64,000 nucleotides of DNA, taken from positions 32,001-96,000 of the IMG/VR virus record IMGVR_UViG_3300013121_000018, one strand, 5' to 3'. The position numbers and the translations under genes are program-made. Every line of letters starts with the position of its first letter. Positions within the stretch are counted from its first letter, which is position 1. Below, in pieces: positions 18,430 through 27,924 of the stretch. The notes beneath the pieces were generated by a model, which had not been told where the DNA came from, did not search any database, and saw only the letters and a program-made list of their open reading frames with translations. Source of the DNA: a virus. Taxonomy: Duplodnaviria; Caudoviricetes.

Positions 18430-18882
18430 ATGCAGAGATTAAAATTAAATAAAAAAGATGAAGCTGATGCTAATATAGGTTCTCTAGAAGATTTTTTATC
18501 ATGGTATTTTAAAAACAGTCAGCCGGAAACATATAACTATAATGGAGATTTGCAAACTTCTAGAGGAAAATATAGATCGTTTTCTGATATACTCAGCTTA
18601 TGTTGTAATTATTTTCCAGACTGTACAGAAAAAGATTTGGCTAAGGTTTTAATTTCTTTTTGGGAAAAAAGAAACATTCATGCATTATTTTGTAGTAACA
18701 TTGGAAAAGTAGTATTTTGTGAAAGGCATAATAATGACCCTAATATAGATTTGCCCAGTTTAATTTCTCCAAAATATTTTAATCCAAATAATCCAGATGC
18801 TTATGCTCAATCCCATAATCAACCAACTAAAGTAGGAGTAGATGGACACTCCTTCATTGAAATTTACAACTTAACAATTTAA
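18430..18882 (+). CDS. hypothetical protein, RSFxD..C..YFP family copy 2
   Basis: ETY..Q...KYRSFSDILSLCCNYFPDCTEKDL. Confidence 0.7.
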   Translation: MQRLKLNKKDEADANIGSLEDFLSWYFKNSQPETYNYNGDLQTSRGKYRSFSDILSLCCNYFPDCTEKDLAKVLISFWEKRNIHALFCSNIGKVVFCERHNNDPNIDLPSLISPKYFNPNNPDAYAQSHNQPTKVGVDGHSFIEIYNLTI

Positions 18883-18887
18883 TAATT

Positions 18888-19709
18888 ATGTTCGACAACA
18901 ATCAAGAACAACTCCAAAAAGGCTCTGGCCAACAACAACTTTTCACCGGTCTGTATCCATTAAGGATTGTAGGAATTAACCCTACTGTAGAACAGCTTAC
19001 CAATATTATTGGTGAAGGTGCTTCTAAATTTAAGGTTGACTACAGTGTAGGACAGTATGGAAAACCTGTTACGTTTTGGTTTTCATCACCTGACAATAAA
19101 GTGAAACCTTTTAGCAAGACAATATTTCTTAAAGAAGAAACTATTGTCGTTCAAGATTCTGGAAAAACAATGCTGTTGAATGACAGTACAGGACAATACG
19201 GAACTGTTCAGTCAGCCTGGGCAGTATCTCCAGAGGATGTTCCACTATGGTTCTCTAAAGACGGTATTCGTCCTGCAAATAAGGGAGAATATGAATATTA
19301 TGACCTACTGGTTAAATTTCTTCGTTTCCGTGACAAGGAAGGTGGAAAGACTTATGTAGAATTTCTTTCTGAAGAGAAAGTAGATTTTGCATCAGTTATT
19401 AATGGTGATGACAGTGCGTTGCATAATCTAGCCGATTATTTTATGGATAATGCAAGTACTTGTGTAATTTTGCTGACAGTTCGTAGTGGTGAAAAGAATT
19501 ACCAAGATTGTGAACTTGGTAATTGTGTTTTTGGTCAGAATTCTGTTACCGATAAAGTAATTGAAAGGGCACAAAAACTCAATTCAAATGCTGATTATCC
19601 TATCAGCAAAAACGAATTCAGCTTTGAATTTGCAGAGTATACCGGAGCATCTGCTCCACCCACACCTAAAAAGGTAGACGCTCCTGCAAAGAAGCAAAGT
19701 TGGATTTAA
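18888..19709 (+). CDS. putative ssDNA-binding protein
   Basis: Lies between the Sak4-like ATPase and primase; RIVGINPT motif; Pro/Ala-rich tail. Confidence 0.55.
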   Translation: MFDNNQEQLQKGSGQQQLFTGLYPLRIVGINPTVEQLTNIIGEGASKFKVDYSVGQYGKPVTFWFSSPDNKVKPFSKTIFLKEETIVVQDSGKTMLLNDSTGQYGTVQSAWAVSPEDVPLWFSKDGIRPANKGEYEYYDLLVKFLRFRDKEGGKTYVEFLSEEKVDFASVINGDDSALHNLADYFMDNASTCVILLTVRSGEKNYQDCELGNCVFGQNSVTDKVIERAQKLNSNADYPISKNEFSFEFAEYTGASAPPTPKKVDAPAKKQSWI

Positions 19710-19722
19710 AAAATCCATAAAT

Positions 19723-20718
19723 GTGTTTAAAAATAAAACACAACTTCTAACAAAAGTAACGCCGGACATGATTGCTAGTAATAGTGATTATGTCTGGCTT
19801 ATTTTTTTTGGTGAATTGCCGTCTTATGGTAAAAGATTTTATTCTCCTTTCAGGTCTGATAGAAAGGCTGGTTGTAGATGGTCGTACAATAATAATCAAT
19901 GGTGGTTGGTAGATAATGCTGGTCACAATGGTAAACTTGCTTGGAGCATCTATGATTTTGTATCATGGTTGTATCCAACATATACGGCTAAAGAAGTGTA
20001 TCATTTAATTGCCAGTCGATTGGTTGAAACTGTTCCAAATATTCAAACCATTAGAAGACCTAATGTAGCATCTGTTAAAGATAACAATATCATTATTAAG
20101 TTTGAATATACAGATTGGACAGAAGATGATTATTTTTCTAGAATGTTTGACATTGACCTAAATTATTTGAATCAACAACCATATTATAAAGTTGTTAATT
20201 ATTGGGCAAATTCTAGAAAAGACAACACTTTAAGAAAAAATCCTTTTCATTCACCAAAAAGTGTAGAAACGATTGCTTATTATTTTGAAGACACAGACCA
20301 TACTAAGCTGTATTTCCCTGCAAAAAATGATTTTAAATGGTATAGCAATTGTAATGCTGATGATATATTTGGAGAACACAGATTGAAGGAATATGACAAC
20401 TCTCATATTGTAATTACTAAGTCTGCAAAAGACGAAATGATACTAAACTATCATTGTAATCTTCAAACATTAGCAGTACAATCAGAGGCAATTACTTCCA
20501 ATAAAAAATTAAATGATTTATGCAATCAATTTTCTCAAAAAATTATTTACTTCGACAACGATGACCCAGGAAGAAGAAATTCAAAGACTTTGGGAGAAAG
20601 CGTCGGAGCGTTATGCATCTTTAATGGAGACACAGAAGGAAAAGACGCTGCCGAGTTTTATGCACTCCAAAACAACAAGGAGAAATTCAAAGAAGGAATT
20701 AACAACAAATTCAAATGA
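19723..20718 (+). CDS. DNA primase (crAss-type TOPRIM)
   Basis: N-terminal SPFRxD..GC; ITKSAKD, YFDNDDPG and KDAAE TOPRIM motifs. Confidence 0.85.
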   Translation: MFKNKTQLLTKVTPDMIASNSDYVWLIFFGELPSYGKRFYSPFRSDRKAGCRWSYNNNQWWLVDNAGHNGKLAWSIYDFVSWLYPTYTAKEVYHLIASRLVETVPNIQTIRRPNVASVKDNNIIIKFEYTDWTEDDYFSRMFDIDLNYLNQQPYYKVVNYWANSRKDNTLRKNPFHSPKSVETIAYYFEDTDHTKLYFPAKNDFKWYSNCNADDIFGEHRLKEYDNSHIVITKSAKDEMILNYHCNLQTLAVQSEAITSNKKLNDLCNQFSQKIIYFDNDDPGRRNSKTLGESVGALCIFNGDTEGKDAAEFYALQNNKEKFKEGINNKFK

Positions 20719-20719
20719 T

Positions 20720-21514
20720 ATGAAAGAAAAAAGTATTAAATCGACAATGTTTCCCCCAGATTTGCATAGGGGGCAACTGTTGAAAAACGTAGGTAAAACG
20801 GGTGAACGCTACTTTGGTAGCATGGATTATGTTATTGTAAATGATGTTGGACGAGATAGAATGCTTGTTACAGGTTTTAATAAAGCTGCTCAACCTATGA
20901 GTATGGTGACCGTTAGTATTTCTGAGTATGAATCATTAACATCCTTAACTGGAGTATTAACGCCTTATGAGACAGAAAATAGTGTTAAATTTGATATTCG
21001 GCCTATTAAAGAAAGATTATTGGAACTTCCAGCAATTGAGAGAATTCTTCCATCAAATCTTAGGATTGATGAAGAACTATTTAATCTTGTAAAAGATGGG
21101 ACGATTCCAAGTCAAGATGAACTAAGGATTTTGGTACTTAGGTATCATAAAGCCTTGTGTACTGCAGAAGAAATTGTTACTTTGTATGATAGTGTTATAT
21201 TTGGTGATGAAAAAGAAAAAATGACTGCAAATACACCAAACATTCCTGACGGACAAATTGGTGTACATGAAGACAAATTCTCTTGGTCATTAGGAGGAAC
21301 GACTACTTTCGCTGAAGATCCTCTTCCTTATTTTATAGATCCTACTATAACATTAAAAAGACCAACAGGAGCTACAATAAAATCTTCAGCAGATACACCT
21401 CCAACTGGATTTTGGACTTATGAAGGTACTGATAAATTTCAAAAAGTTGAAGAAAACACTGAAGAAGAACATGATGAGGATTCTGAATTTATGGAAGGAG
21501 ATAGTCCATTTTAA
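20720..21514 (+). CDS. hypothetical protein with acidic tail ending DSPF
   Basis: Start MKEKSIK right after the primase stop. Confidence 0.65.
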   Translation: MKEKSIKSTMFPPDLHRGQLLKNVGKTGERYFGSMDYVIVNDVGRDRMLVTGFNKAAQPMSMVTVSISEYESLTSLTGVLTPYETENSVKFDIRPIKERLLELPAIERILPSNLRIDEELFNLVKDGTIPSQDELRILVLRYHKALCTAEEIVTLYDSVIFGDEKEKMTANTPNIPDGQIGVHEDKFSWSLGGTTTFAEDPLPYFIDPTITLKRPTGATIKSSADTPPTGFWTYEGTDKFQKVEENTEEEHDEDSEFMEGDSPF

Positions 21515-21522
21515 TAACAATT

Positions 21523-22230
21523 ATGCTAAGTAAATTAAATATACATGAAAGTTGGAATGATATTTTCGTTCCTCTTTTAAGTAGTGATACAGGACAAGAA
21601 TTGTTGCTACAGTTAGGTGATAAGTATCATCCTACAAAAGAAAGTATTTTCAGAGCATTCAGTATTCCTAAAGAGGACGTATGTCTTATTATAATAGGTC
21701 AAGATGTTTATCCTGATAAAAGACTTGCAACTGGATTAGCTTTTGGAGTACCTCCAGGAAAAGACTCTGTTTCTTTGAAAAATATAAGAACAGAAATTTA
21801 TCGAGATTTCCACGATGATCCTACAAGTGATATTTTCCTTATGAAAGAGGACGAATTTAACTTCTTATTCGATAACAGTTTAGAATATTGGCAAGAACAA
21901 GGTGTTCTTTTATTAAATTCTGCATTAACTTGTGGAGGAACTCCTGGTGATCATTGGGATATATGGCAACCGTTCATGTCATTATTAGTTACACAGCTTC
22001 CAGATGTACCTACAGTATTATTTGGAACTAAAGCAGCAACGTTGAAAGCTTTTATTAAAAATCCTATAATTGCTCCGCATCCAGCTTCAGATTCCTATGG
22101 AGGAGTCCGTAAGTTTTATGGATGTGGTGTATTTAGAGAAATACAAGAAAAAATACCAGACTTCAAATGGATAGAATACTTAAGTATTTCCTCACTTATG
22201 GAGGATACGACGGGGGATTTGCCTTTTTAG
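21523..22230 (+). CDS. ung: uracil-DNA glycosylase (family 1)
   Basis: IIGQDVYP, ATGLAF, SLKNI, W..QGVLLLNSALT, HPAS. Confidence 0.9.
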   Translation: MLSKLNIHESWNDIFVPLLSSDTGQELLLQLGDKYHPTKESIFRAFSIPKEDVCLIIIGQDVYPDKRLATGLAFGVPPGKDSVSLKNIRTEIYRDFHDDPTSDIFLMKEDEFNFLFDNSLEYWQEQGVLLLNSALTCGGTPGDHWDIWQPFMSLLVTQLPDVPTVLFGTKAATLKAFIKNPIIAPHPASDSYGGVRKFYGCGVFREIQEKIPDFKWIEYLSISSLMEDTTGDLPF

Positions 22231-23919
22231 GTAAATCTGTTAAGAATATTAACGATGCGGATTTGATTATTTTTACTGGTGGAGAAGATATTTCACCAGA
22301 ATTATATAATCAAAAAGCAAATACACATACAAGAGGTGTTAATATCAAACGTGATAGGCATGAAGTTGCTATATTCAACCTCTATAAAGATATTCCTAAA
22401 CTTGGTGTCTGTAGAGGACACCAACTAATTTCTGTGTTAGAGGGTGCTTCTTTGATTCAGCACGTTGATGGTCATCATACTAACCATAATATGAAAACGT
22501 TTGATGATCATACTATTGGAGTTACATCATGTCATCATCAAATGGTTATCTTCGACAAAGACATGGAAGAAGGTAAAGACTACTATCACTTAGGATGGTC
22601 TTCACCAGCAAAAGCTACTATGTATGTTGGAGAAAAAGGTATAGATATATATAGGGACGGTGTTAAACTTGCTAACAGATACTTTGAAGAATCCGAAATG
22701 GCTTTTTTTCCAAAATCAAATAGCTTGACTGTACAATTTCACCCTAAACATTTGGGGCTTGCATAAGTGATTGTGCATGAAACATCGCTTAAATTCGGTG
22801 AACTCCTTCAATATTTTGGAGAATACCGAGCCAAGCTATTCTTAGGTTAATAGAGAATAGAAGGTGTAACGACTACAGAGGTGAGCCTAACAATAATCCT
22901 CTGCACGAAAAAGCGATTACTTACTTTTATCAAAAACATCTTTATACTGCCACTTATATCCACCACAGGTAACATCTCTACCATTACAAACGTGTCTTAT
23001 ATTTTGTCTCCAAACATTATTTTTAATAGCAGCGTTTTGTAATGAGTAATATTCTTCAACAATATTTTCTTCAAAATCTAATTTATATACTGGTCGGCCA
23101 AGTTTTCTTTTTAAAGATTCTGGTCTATTTTTTCCTAATAAGCCTTGTCTTATTTTTTCACAAGTTTCTTTTCTTACTTTTCTTTTAAAGGTAATAGGAT
23201 GCTTCATGTTGGTGGAAATATTAAAACCTTTTTTTACTGAATTATATTTATTTATGTAATAAAGTTCTCGTTCCCATAAAAATTCATATGAGTTTTCATT
23301 AGGAATAAGTTCTAAAATATCAAATATAAAATTATTGACTCCGTATTTATTATACGCTCGTTGCAATTTTATATTATAATGCGCATTTTTTTCAAGTTTT
23401 AATAAATGGTTTTTCCATCTTTTATGAAAATTAGATTTGTTTCCTTTTGTGGAACCTATATAAGCTTTGTTATTTTTAACACAAAGTATTATATAAATAC
23501 CTGTAGATTTAATGTTTACCACAGATTCTGCAGTAGTAATGATGTTTGTATAAATTTTTACCATACTTGTTTTTTTACAAAGATAACTCTGTTTAAAAGT
23601 ACAAAATAGTTTTATGTAAAAAAATTAACAATTTTTGGTAATAACTAAGTTATAATGATAAAACAATTCTATATGAATGTAAATTCAATCATATGGAATG
23701 TAAGTAAATGATATAGTCTGAACTTACAGGATGATAAACTGTAAGAAGTATAGGATAAAGAGCCTATACGATAACATAATGGAATGGATGGACAATATGC
23801 TTGGACAAAAATATGTTAAAGAATTAGTTTTCAAGTTAGTTTCTAATAAACTTGAAGAACACATAATTCAATCAAAATTGAACATTGAATATGCACAAGA
23901 GCTCGATGCCCGTTTTTAA
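22167..23919 (+). CDS. class I glutamine amidotransferase / peptidase C26, two exons (22167-22745, 23782-23919; 238 aa spliced)
   Basis: TGGEDISP, GVCRGHQ nucleophile, SCHHQ; splicing restores QFHP|E. Confidence 0.88.
22917..23564 (-). CDS. intron-encoded GIY-YIG homing endonuclease (NUMOD1-like C-terminus)
   Basis: TGIYIIL..AYIGST, RWKNH, LQRAYNKYG, RELYYI, C-terminal GGYKWQY. Confidence 0.9.
   Translation of the reverse strand: MVKIYTNIITTAESVVNIKSTGIYIILCVKNNKAYIGSTKGNKSNFHKRWKNHLLKLEKNAHYNIKLQRAYNKYGVNNFIFDILELIPNENSYEFLWERELYYINKYNSVKKGFNISTNMKHPITFKRKVRKETCEKIRQGLLGKNRPESLKRKLGRPVYKLDFEENIVEEYYSLQNAAIKNNVWRQNIRHVCNGRDVTCGGYKWQYKDVFDKSK
23578..23585 (-). promoter_or_regulatory. putative Bacteroidota -7 promoter for the intron endonuclease
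   Basis: TATCTTTG (TAnnTTTG) 13 nt upstream of the ATG, with a TTTG further upstream. Confidence 0.6.
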
Positions 23920-24589
23920 TATTGTTAACTACAGTATAGGTAAATACTGTGAGGCTACAGATTACTTAGATCCACATCTAACATTATTGGAAGAAAATGG
24001 AAAAGATTTACATTGTTTATTTAAAGCATGTAGATGTAAGGACTTCTTCAACGAAGTTTTTAATAAAATATATACAGGTAACGACAGTACAATTTATGAC
24101 TTTTCCACGAACAATATTGATGTATCTAAGGTTAAAGATTCTGAATACTTTTATCTCCTTATGGTATCAAGAGAAGCCAATGATGCAAAAATATTTGATG
24201 CTGAAAACATTCAAAATTTCTTAGATTTATTTAATCCGAAATCTCAAGTAGTAAAAACAAACATGGAAAAAGGTATTGTCATTCGGTTTCATAGAAACTG
24301 GACAGACAGACCTTATCTGTTGTCAATGTTTTTAAATTTATGTAGAATAGGTTCCTTGTATAACAACGAAGGTTGGGAATCGTTTAAACAATTGTTGAGC
24401 AGCAAAGGCTTGTTTTGGAAACAAGGTTATGCAAGTTCACCTTGTTTAAATCAAGTAGCAAACAGTTTAAGAGTAATTGAAGATTATCTGAATGGAATTG
24501 TTCATGAACAAGCTTATTCAGATTATTCAAATACAAATGATTTACACAACCGTAGTGGAGCAGTAAGCTTCACTGCTAAATTAAAGTAA
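23891..24589 (+). CDS. hypothetical protein within the amidoligase cluster
   Basis: ~230-aa ORF with CRCKDFFNE motif; start uncertain. Confidence 0.7.
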   Translation: MHKSSMPVFNIVNYSIGKYCEATDYLDPHLTLLEENGKDLHCLFKACRCKDFFNEVFNKIYTGNDSTIYDFSTNNIDVSKVKDSEYFYLLMVSREANDAKIFDAENIQNFLDLFNPKSQVVKTNMEKGIVIRFHRNWTDRPYLLSMFLNLCRIGSLYNNEGWESFKQLLSSKGLFWKQGYASSPCLNQVANSLRVIEDYLNGIVHEQAYSDYSNTNDLHNRSGAVSFTAKLK

Positions 24590-24591
24590 TA

Positions 24592-25263
24592 ATGAAACAA
24601 ATAGGTCTTCTTTTGAAGGTAGATACCGGAAACGTCACAATTAATGACAGGTATATGCATTGGGTATCACAATTTGGAAACGTGCAATTCATCAACCCTC
24701 TTGATGAAAATGTATATGATTTAGATTTACTAATACTTCCTGGTGGAAGTGATGTGGATCCAGCAAGGTATGGTGAAAAACCAAAACCATATTGTCAGAA
24801 ACCCAATATCTTTGACGAATGGTTCGATAAGTTTATGTTGCCGAAATATATTGCAAAACAAATTCCTATTTTTGGAATTTGTAGAGGTTTTCAAACTTTG
24901 GCTGTACACTTTGGTGTTAAACTAACACAACATTTATATGCTCCGTATAGTGACCCAAGAGGAAAACTTGTAGAGAATTTGGAATTTAATCTTGAGGTAC
25001 AACCGTCTGATAGGGCATATAACATTGCTAAAATGGTTAAAAAAGGAAGTCCTGTTAAAGTAAACAGCTTACACCATCAAGGATTTTATCAATGGGATTG
25101 TGAAAAAAATCCTATGATACAAATTTTAGCAACTGCAAAAGAAGCATTGAATGTTGAAGTATTTAAAGTAAAGGATATGCCAATTTGTGCTGTACAATAC
25201 CATCCAGAAGAGATTGCATGTAACTATGCAGAAGCTCTTGTAAAAAGTTTATTAACAAAGTAA
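24592..25263 (+). CDS. peptidase C26 / gamma-glutamyl hydrolase-like class I GATase
   Basis: LPGGSDVDP.RYG, GICRGFQ, VNSLHHQ, AVQYHPE. Confidence 0.92.
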   Translation: MKQIGLLLKVDTGNVTINDRYMHWVSQFGNVQFINPLDENVYDLDLLILPGGSDVDPARYGEKPKPYCQKPNIFDEWFDKFMLPKYIAKQIPIFGICRGFQTLAVHFGVKLTQHLYAPYSDPRGKLVENLEFNLEVQPSDRAYNIAKMVKKGSPVKVNSLHHQGFYQWDCEKNPMIQILATAKEALNVEVFKVKDMPICAVQYHPEEIACNYAEALVKSLLTK

Positions 25264-25271
25264 TAACTTAA

Positions 25272-26126
25272 ATGACAAATAAAATTCAAAATATAACGTT
25301 GGGTTCAGACCCAGAGTATTTTGTAAAACACATTCCTACTAACACCATCGTTAGTGGGATTGGTTTTGTAGGTGGTACAAAAAATGAACCGCTTATTTTA
25401 GATAATGAAACTGGTATCACTCGTACAGAGGATTGTACCTTAGCAGAATTTCAGTTTCCACCAGTTACTTCTAAAGAGGATTGGTTGTATATGTTTAAGA
25501 AACTTGTTCAAAAAGGTAATGAACACCTTGGACAATATGATATGTGTCTAGTAACAGGTTCCTCACATATTTATGACGATGCTGAACTTCTTCATCCAAT
25601 GGCAAGAACATTTGGATGCTCTCCAAGTACTAATGCTTGGACAAAAGAAACACAGTATTCTTGTGGGCCAGAAGAAGCTGGTAATTTGCGTTCAGCAGGT
25701 GCACATATTCATATTGGAACTACTTCTGACATTTCTGAAGATGATGCATATAATCTTATTCGTGTTTTGGATGTATTTCTGGGAGTACCTTCTGTTTTGA
25801 TTGATACAGATACTCAAAGGAGGAAACTTTACGGAAAAGCCGGAGAATGCCGTTTTAGGGTTATCAAAGGTGTTATCGTAATGGAATATCGCACTTTAGG
25901 TGGCAATATGCTGGAATCGGAAGAGTTGATTGGTTGGATTTATGACCAAACTATGAAAGCAATTGAGTATTACAACACCGAGGGTGTAGAAAAAGTGAAT
26001 GCTTTCCGTGAAGAGATTATTGATTGTATTGATAATGTTAAAGAAAATCTTGCAAAAGATTTGATGTCAATCTTTAATCTAACAATTCCTTATTTGGAGT
26101 ATGTTAAAATCCATAACCATGCATAA
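25272..26126 (+). CDS. phiEco32-like COOH-NH2 ligase type 2
   Basis: TLGSDPEYF, GGTK, ED..LAEF, FGCSP, LRSAGAHIHIG, RRKLYGKAG, EYRTL. Confidence 0.88.
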   Translation: MTNKIQNITLGSDPEYFVKHIPTNTIVSGIGFVGGTKNEPLILDNETGITRTEDCTLAEFQFPPVTSKEDWLYMFKKLVQKGNEHLGQYDMCLVTGSSHIYDDAELLHPMARTFGCSPSTNAWTKETQYSCGPEEAGNLRSAGAHIHIGTTSDISEDDAYNLIRVLDVFLGVPSVLIDTDTQRRKLYGKAGECRFRVIKGVIVMEYRTLGGNMLESEELIGWIYDQTMKAIEYYNTEGVEKVNAFREEIIDCIDNVKENLAKDLMSIFNLTIPYLEYVKIHNHA

Positions 26127-26466
26127 AATAGCAGTATACGGAAGTTTAAGACAAGGTGAATATAATTTTGAGCGAATGTCTTATATAGGGGATATTCAAT
26201 ACGAAACAACAACAACCATTCAAGGATGGGACTTGTATAGTCTTGGTATGTATCCTGCAATAAAAAAGGGTACTGGTACAATTGTTGTAGATATTTTAAA
26301 CGTTGGTGATGAAGTATTGGATTTTATTCGTGGAATGGAATTTGGTGCAGGGTATCATGAAGAAACAGTCAATGTTGATGGACAAGATTGTTTCATTTAT
26401 GTATACAATTATGAACTATCTAGAAACCAGGTACTGTCTGGTGACTGGAAAAAACAAAACGATTAA
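26119..26466 (+). CDS. gamma-glutamylcyclotransferase (GGACT/AIG2-like)
   Basis: VYGSLRQG, LG.YPA, E..Y, SGDW. Confidence 0.9.
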   Translation: MHKIAVYGSLRQGEYNFERMSYIGDIQYETTTTIQGWDLYSLGMYPAIKKGTGTIVVDILNVGDEVLDFIRGMEFGAGYHEETVNVDGQDCFIYVYNYELSRNQVLSGDWKKQND

Positions 26467-26467
26467 T

Positions 26468-27922
26468 ATGTGTAATATAAGTGGAGCATTAAAACTACCG
26501 AATAAGAAATACCACAATAGTGATAAATTGAAACTTCTAGCACTATATGGTGCTGAAAGAGGTAAGGATTCTTTTGGTATTTGGTATGATGATAAAGTAC
26601 TTTATCATGTAAGGAGTACTTATGCAGTAACAGATGGCAACAGTTGTAGTGTATTTTTGAAATATCCGTTTCCAGAAAATATTCAGTCTAATATTGTACT
26701 TATGCACAATAGGCAGGCTACTGTAGGTGTTGTTAACGAAAATGCAGCACACCCATATATCATTGATAATGAAATGGTGGGAATGAAGAATGGTACTATT
26801 CACAATTATGAATATCTTGCCGATAAATATAAAATTAGTGAAAAAGAGTATGAGACTGATAGTGAACTCATACTGAAAATTATTCACAGGCATGGTTTGG
26901 AAGTCTTAAAAGAATATGTAGGTGGATGTGCAATTGCTTGGTTCAACTTGTCAGAACCCGACACTCTGTATCTCTGGAAAGGTGCTTCAATGGAATACAA
27001 TAGGTATGAAGAAGAACGTCCTCTATTCTACACATTCGATACAAACGGTACATTGTATTTCAACTCTTTGGAACCACCTCTAAAGTATGTTAATAATACA
27101 AGGACACCTATCCATAGTTTAAAAGAAAACACGGTATTTGCCTTTAAAAACGGTAAAATATCGGTTGTTGCTGAATTTGATCGTTCAAAAATGTCTCAGT
27201 CAAAACCATACAACAATACTGTATGGAACGGTTATTATGAAAAAGCAACCAATTCTTCAAAAGTAAAACATCTGCCGTCACCTAAACTTATTGAACCTTG
27301 TCCTCAAATAAGGGCTGCTGGAAACATTTACTATTACAAAGGTAAATACTGGAAAAACGGTCATATTGTTGAAGGTGTGCTTAATATCGATACTGATAGT
27401 GGAGAAATTTTATACGATAATAGTGGGACAAACTTGTTTTTTTACAAAGGTTGGTGGGTAAAGGATGCATTTACTTATAATAGGTTGAATTTTCCAGGAA
27501 ATGAAGATGCTCCTGATATTTTTGACATGCACCATGATGCTGTCACTGAATGTATTGACGGTTTCTTTTACAGAAATGGAAGTAAGTTGAATTATACATT
27601 CAAACCTAAGTTTGGTTATAACAATTACACCTTTTTAAACGGTTCCTTAACAGCAATTGCTGCAAATTTTGGGCCAGAGAAAACTGATAACACTAGAGAT
27701 GCTCTTCTTGATGCTGTTAATTACTATGTGTTTGGTAACTATACACAATGTTATTATAGCAGCAGAGAAGTTGCAGAAGCAGGTATTAAAGAGATTGATC
27801 CGACTATTAAGTTGAAGTGGACTACTGTTAATCAGATTCTGGAAGCATTGAAAAATTCAAAAAAAGCTAAAAACGAAGAAGAAATTGAAGAACAGCTTCT
27901 TCTTCAAAATTGGACAAGTTAA
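26468..27922 (+). CDS. class II (Ntn) glutamine amidotransferase with C-terminal extension
   Basis: Start MCNISG (N-terminal Cys nucleophile), RGKDSFG, HNRQAT, NAAHPY, NGTIHN, TDSE. Confidence 0.9.
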   Translation: MCNISGALKLPNKKYHNSDKLKLLALYGAERGKDSFGIWYDDKVLYHVRSTYAVTDGNSCSVFLKYPFPENIQSNIVLMHNRQATVGVVNENAAHPYIIDNEMVGMKNGTIHNYEYLADKYKISEKEYETDSELILKIIHRHGLEVLKEYVGGCAIAWFNLSEPDTLYLWKGASMEYNRYEEERPLFYTFDTNGTLYFNSLEPPLKYVNNTRTPIHSLKENTVFAFKNGKISVVAEFDRSKMSQSKPYNNTVWNGYYEKATNSSKVKHLPSPKLIEPCPQIRAAGNIYYYKGKYWKNGHIVEGVLNIDTDSGEILYDNSGTNLFFYKGWWVKDAFTYNRLNFPGNEDAPDIFDMHHDAVTECIDGFFYRNGSKLNYTFKPKFGYNNYTFLNGSLTAIAANFGPEKTDNTRDALLDAVNYYVFGNYTQCYYSSREVAEAGIKEIDPTIKLKWTTVNQILEALKNSKKAKNEEEIEEQLLLQNWTS

Positions 27923-27924
27923 AA

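Larger units (their letters stand above)
22746..23781 (+). mobile_element. group I intron carrying an antisense GIY-YIG gene
   Basis: Exon ends ccct pairing with gggg; P aaattcggtgaa, Q aataccgagcc, R gtgtaacgactac, P3 tcgctt/aagcga, S gatatagtctga; terminal G. Confidence 0.9.

Noticed and set aside
26303-26467. Upstream extensions of ORFs 26303, 20513, 4124 and 57775
   Set aside because: They overlap other genes or RNAs; the class II GATase needs Cys right after the initiator Met (26468).
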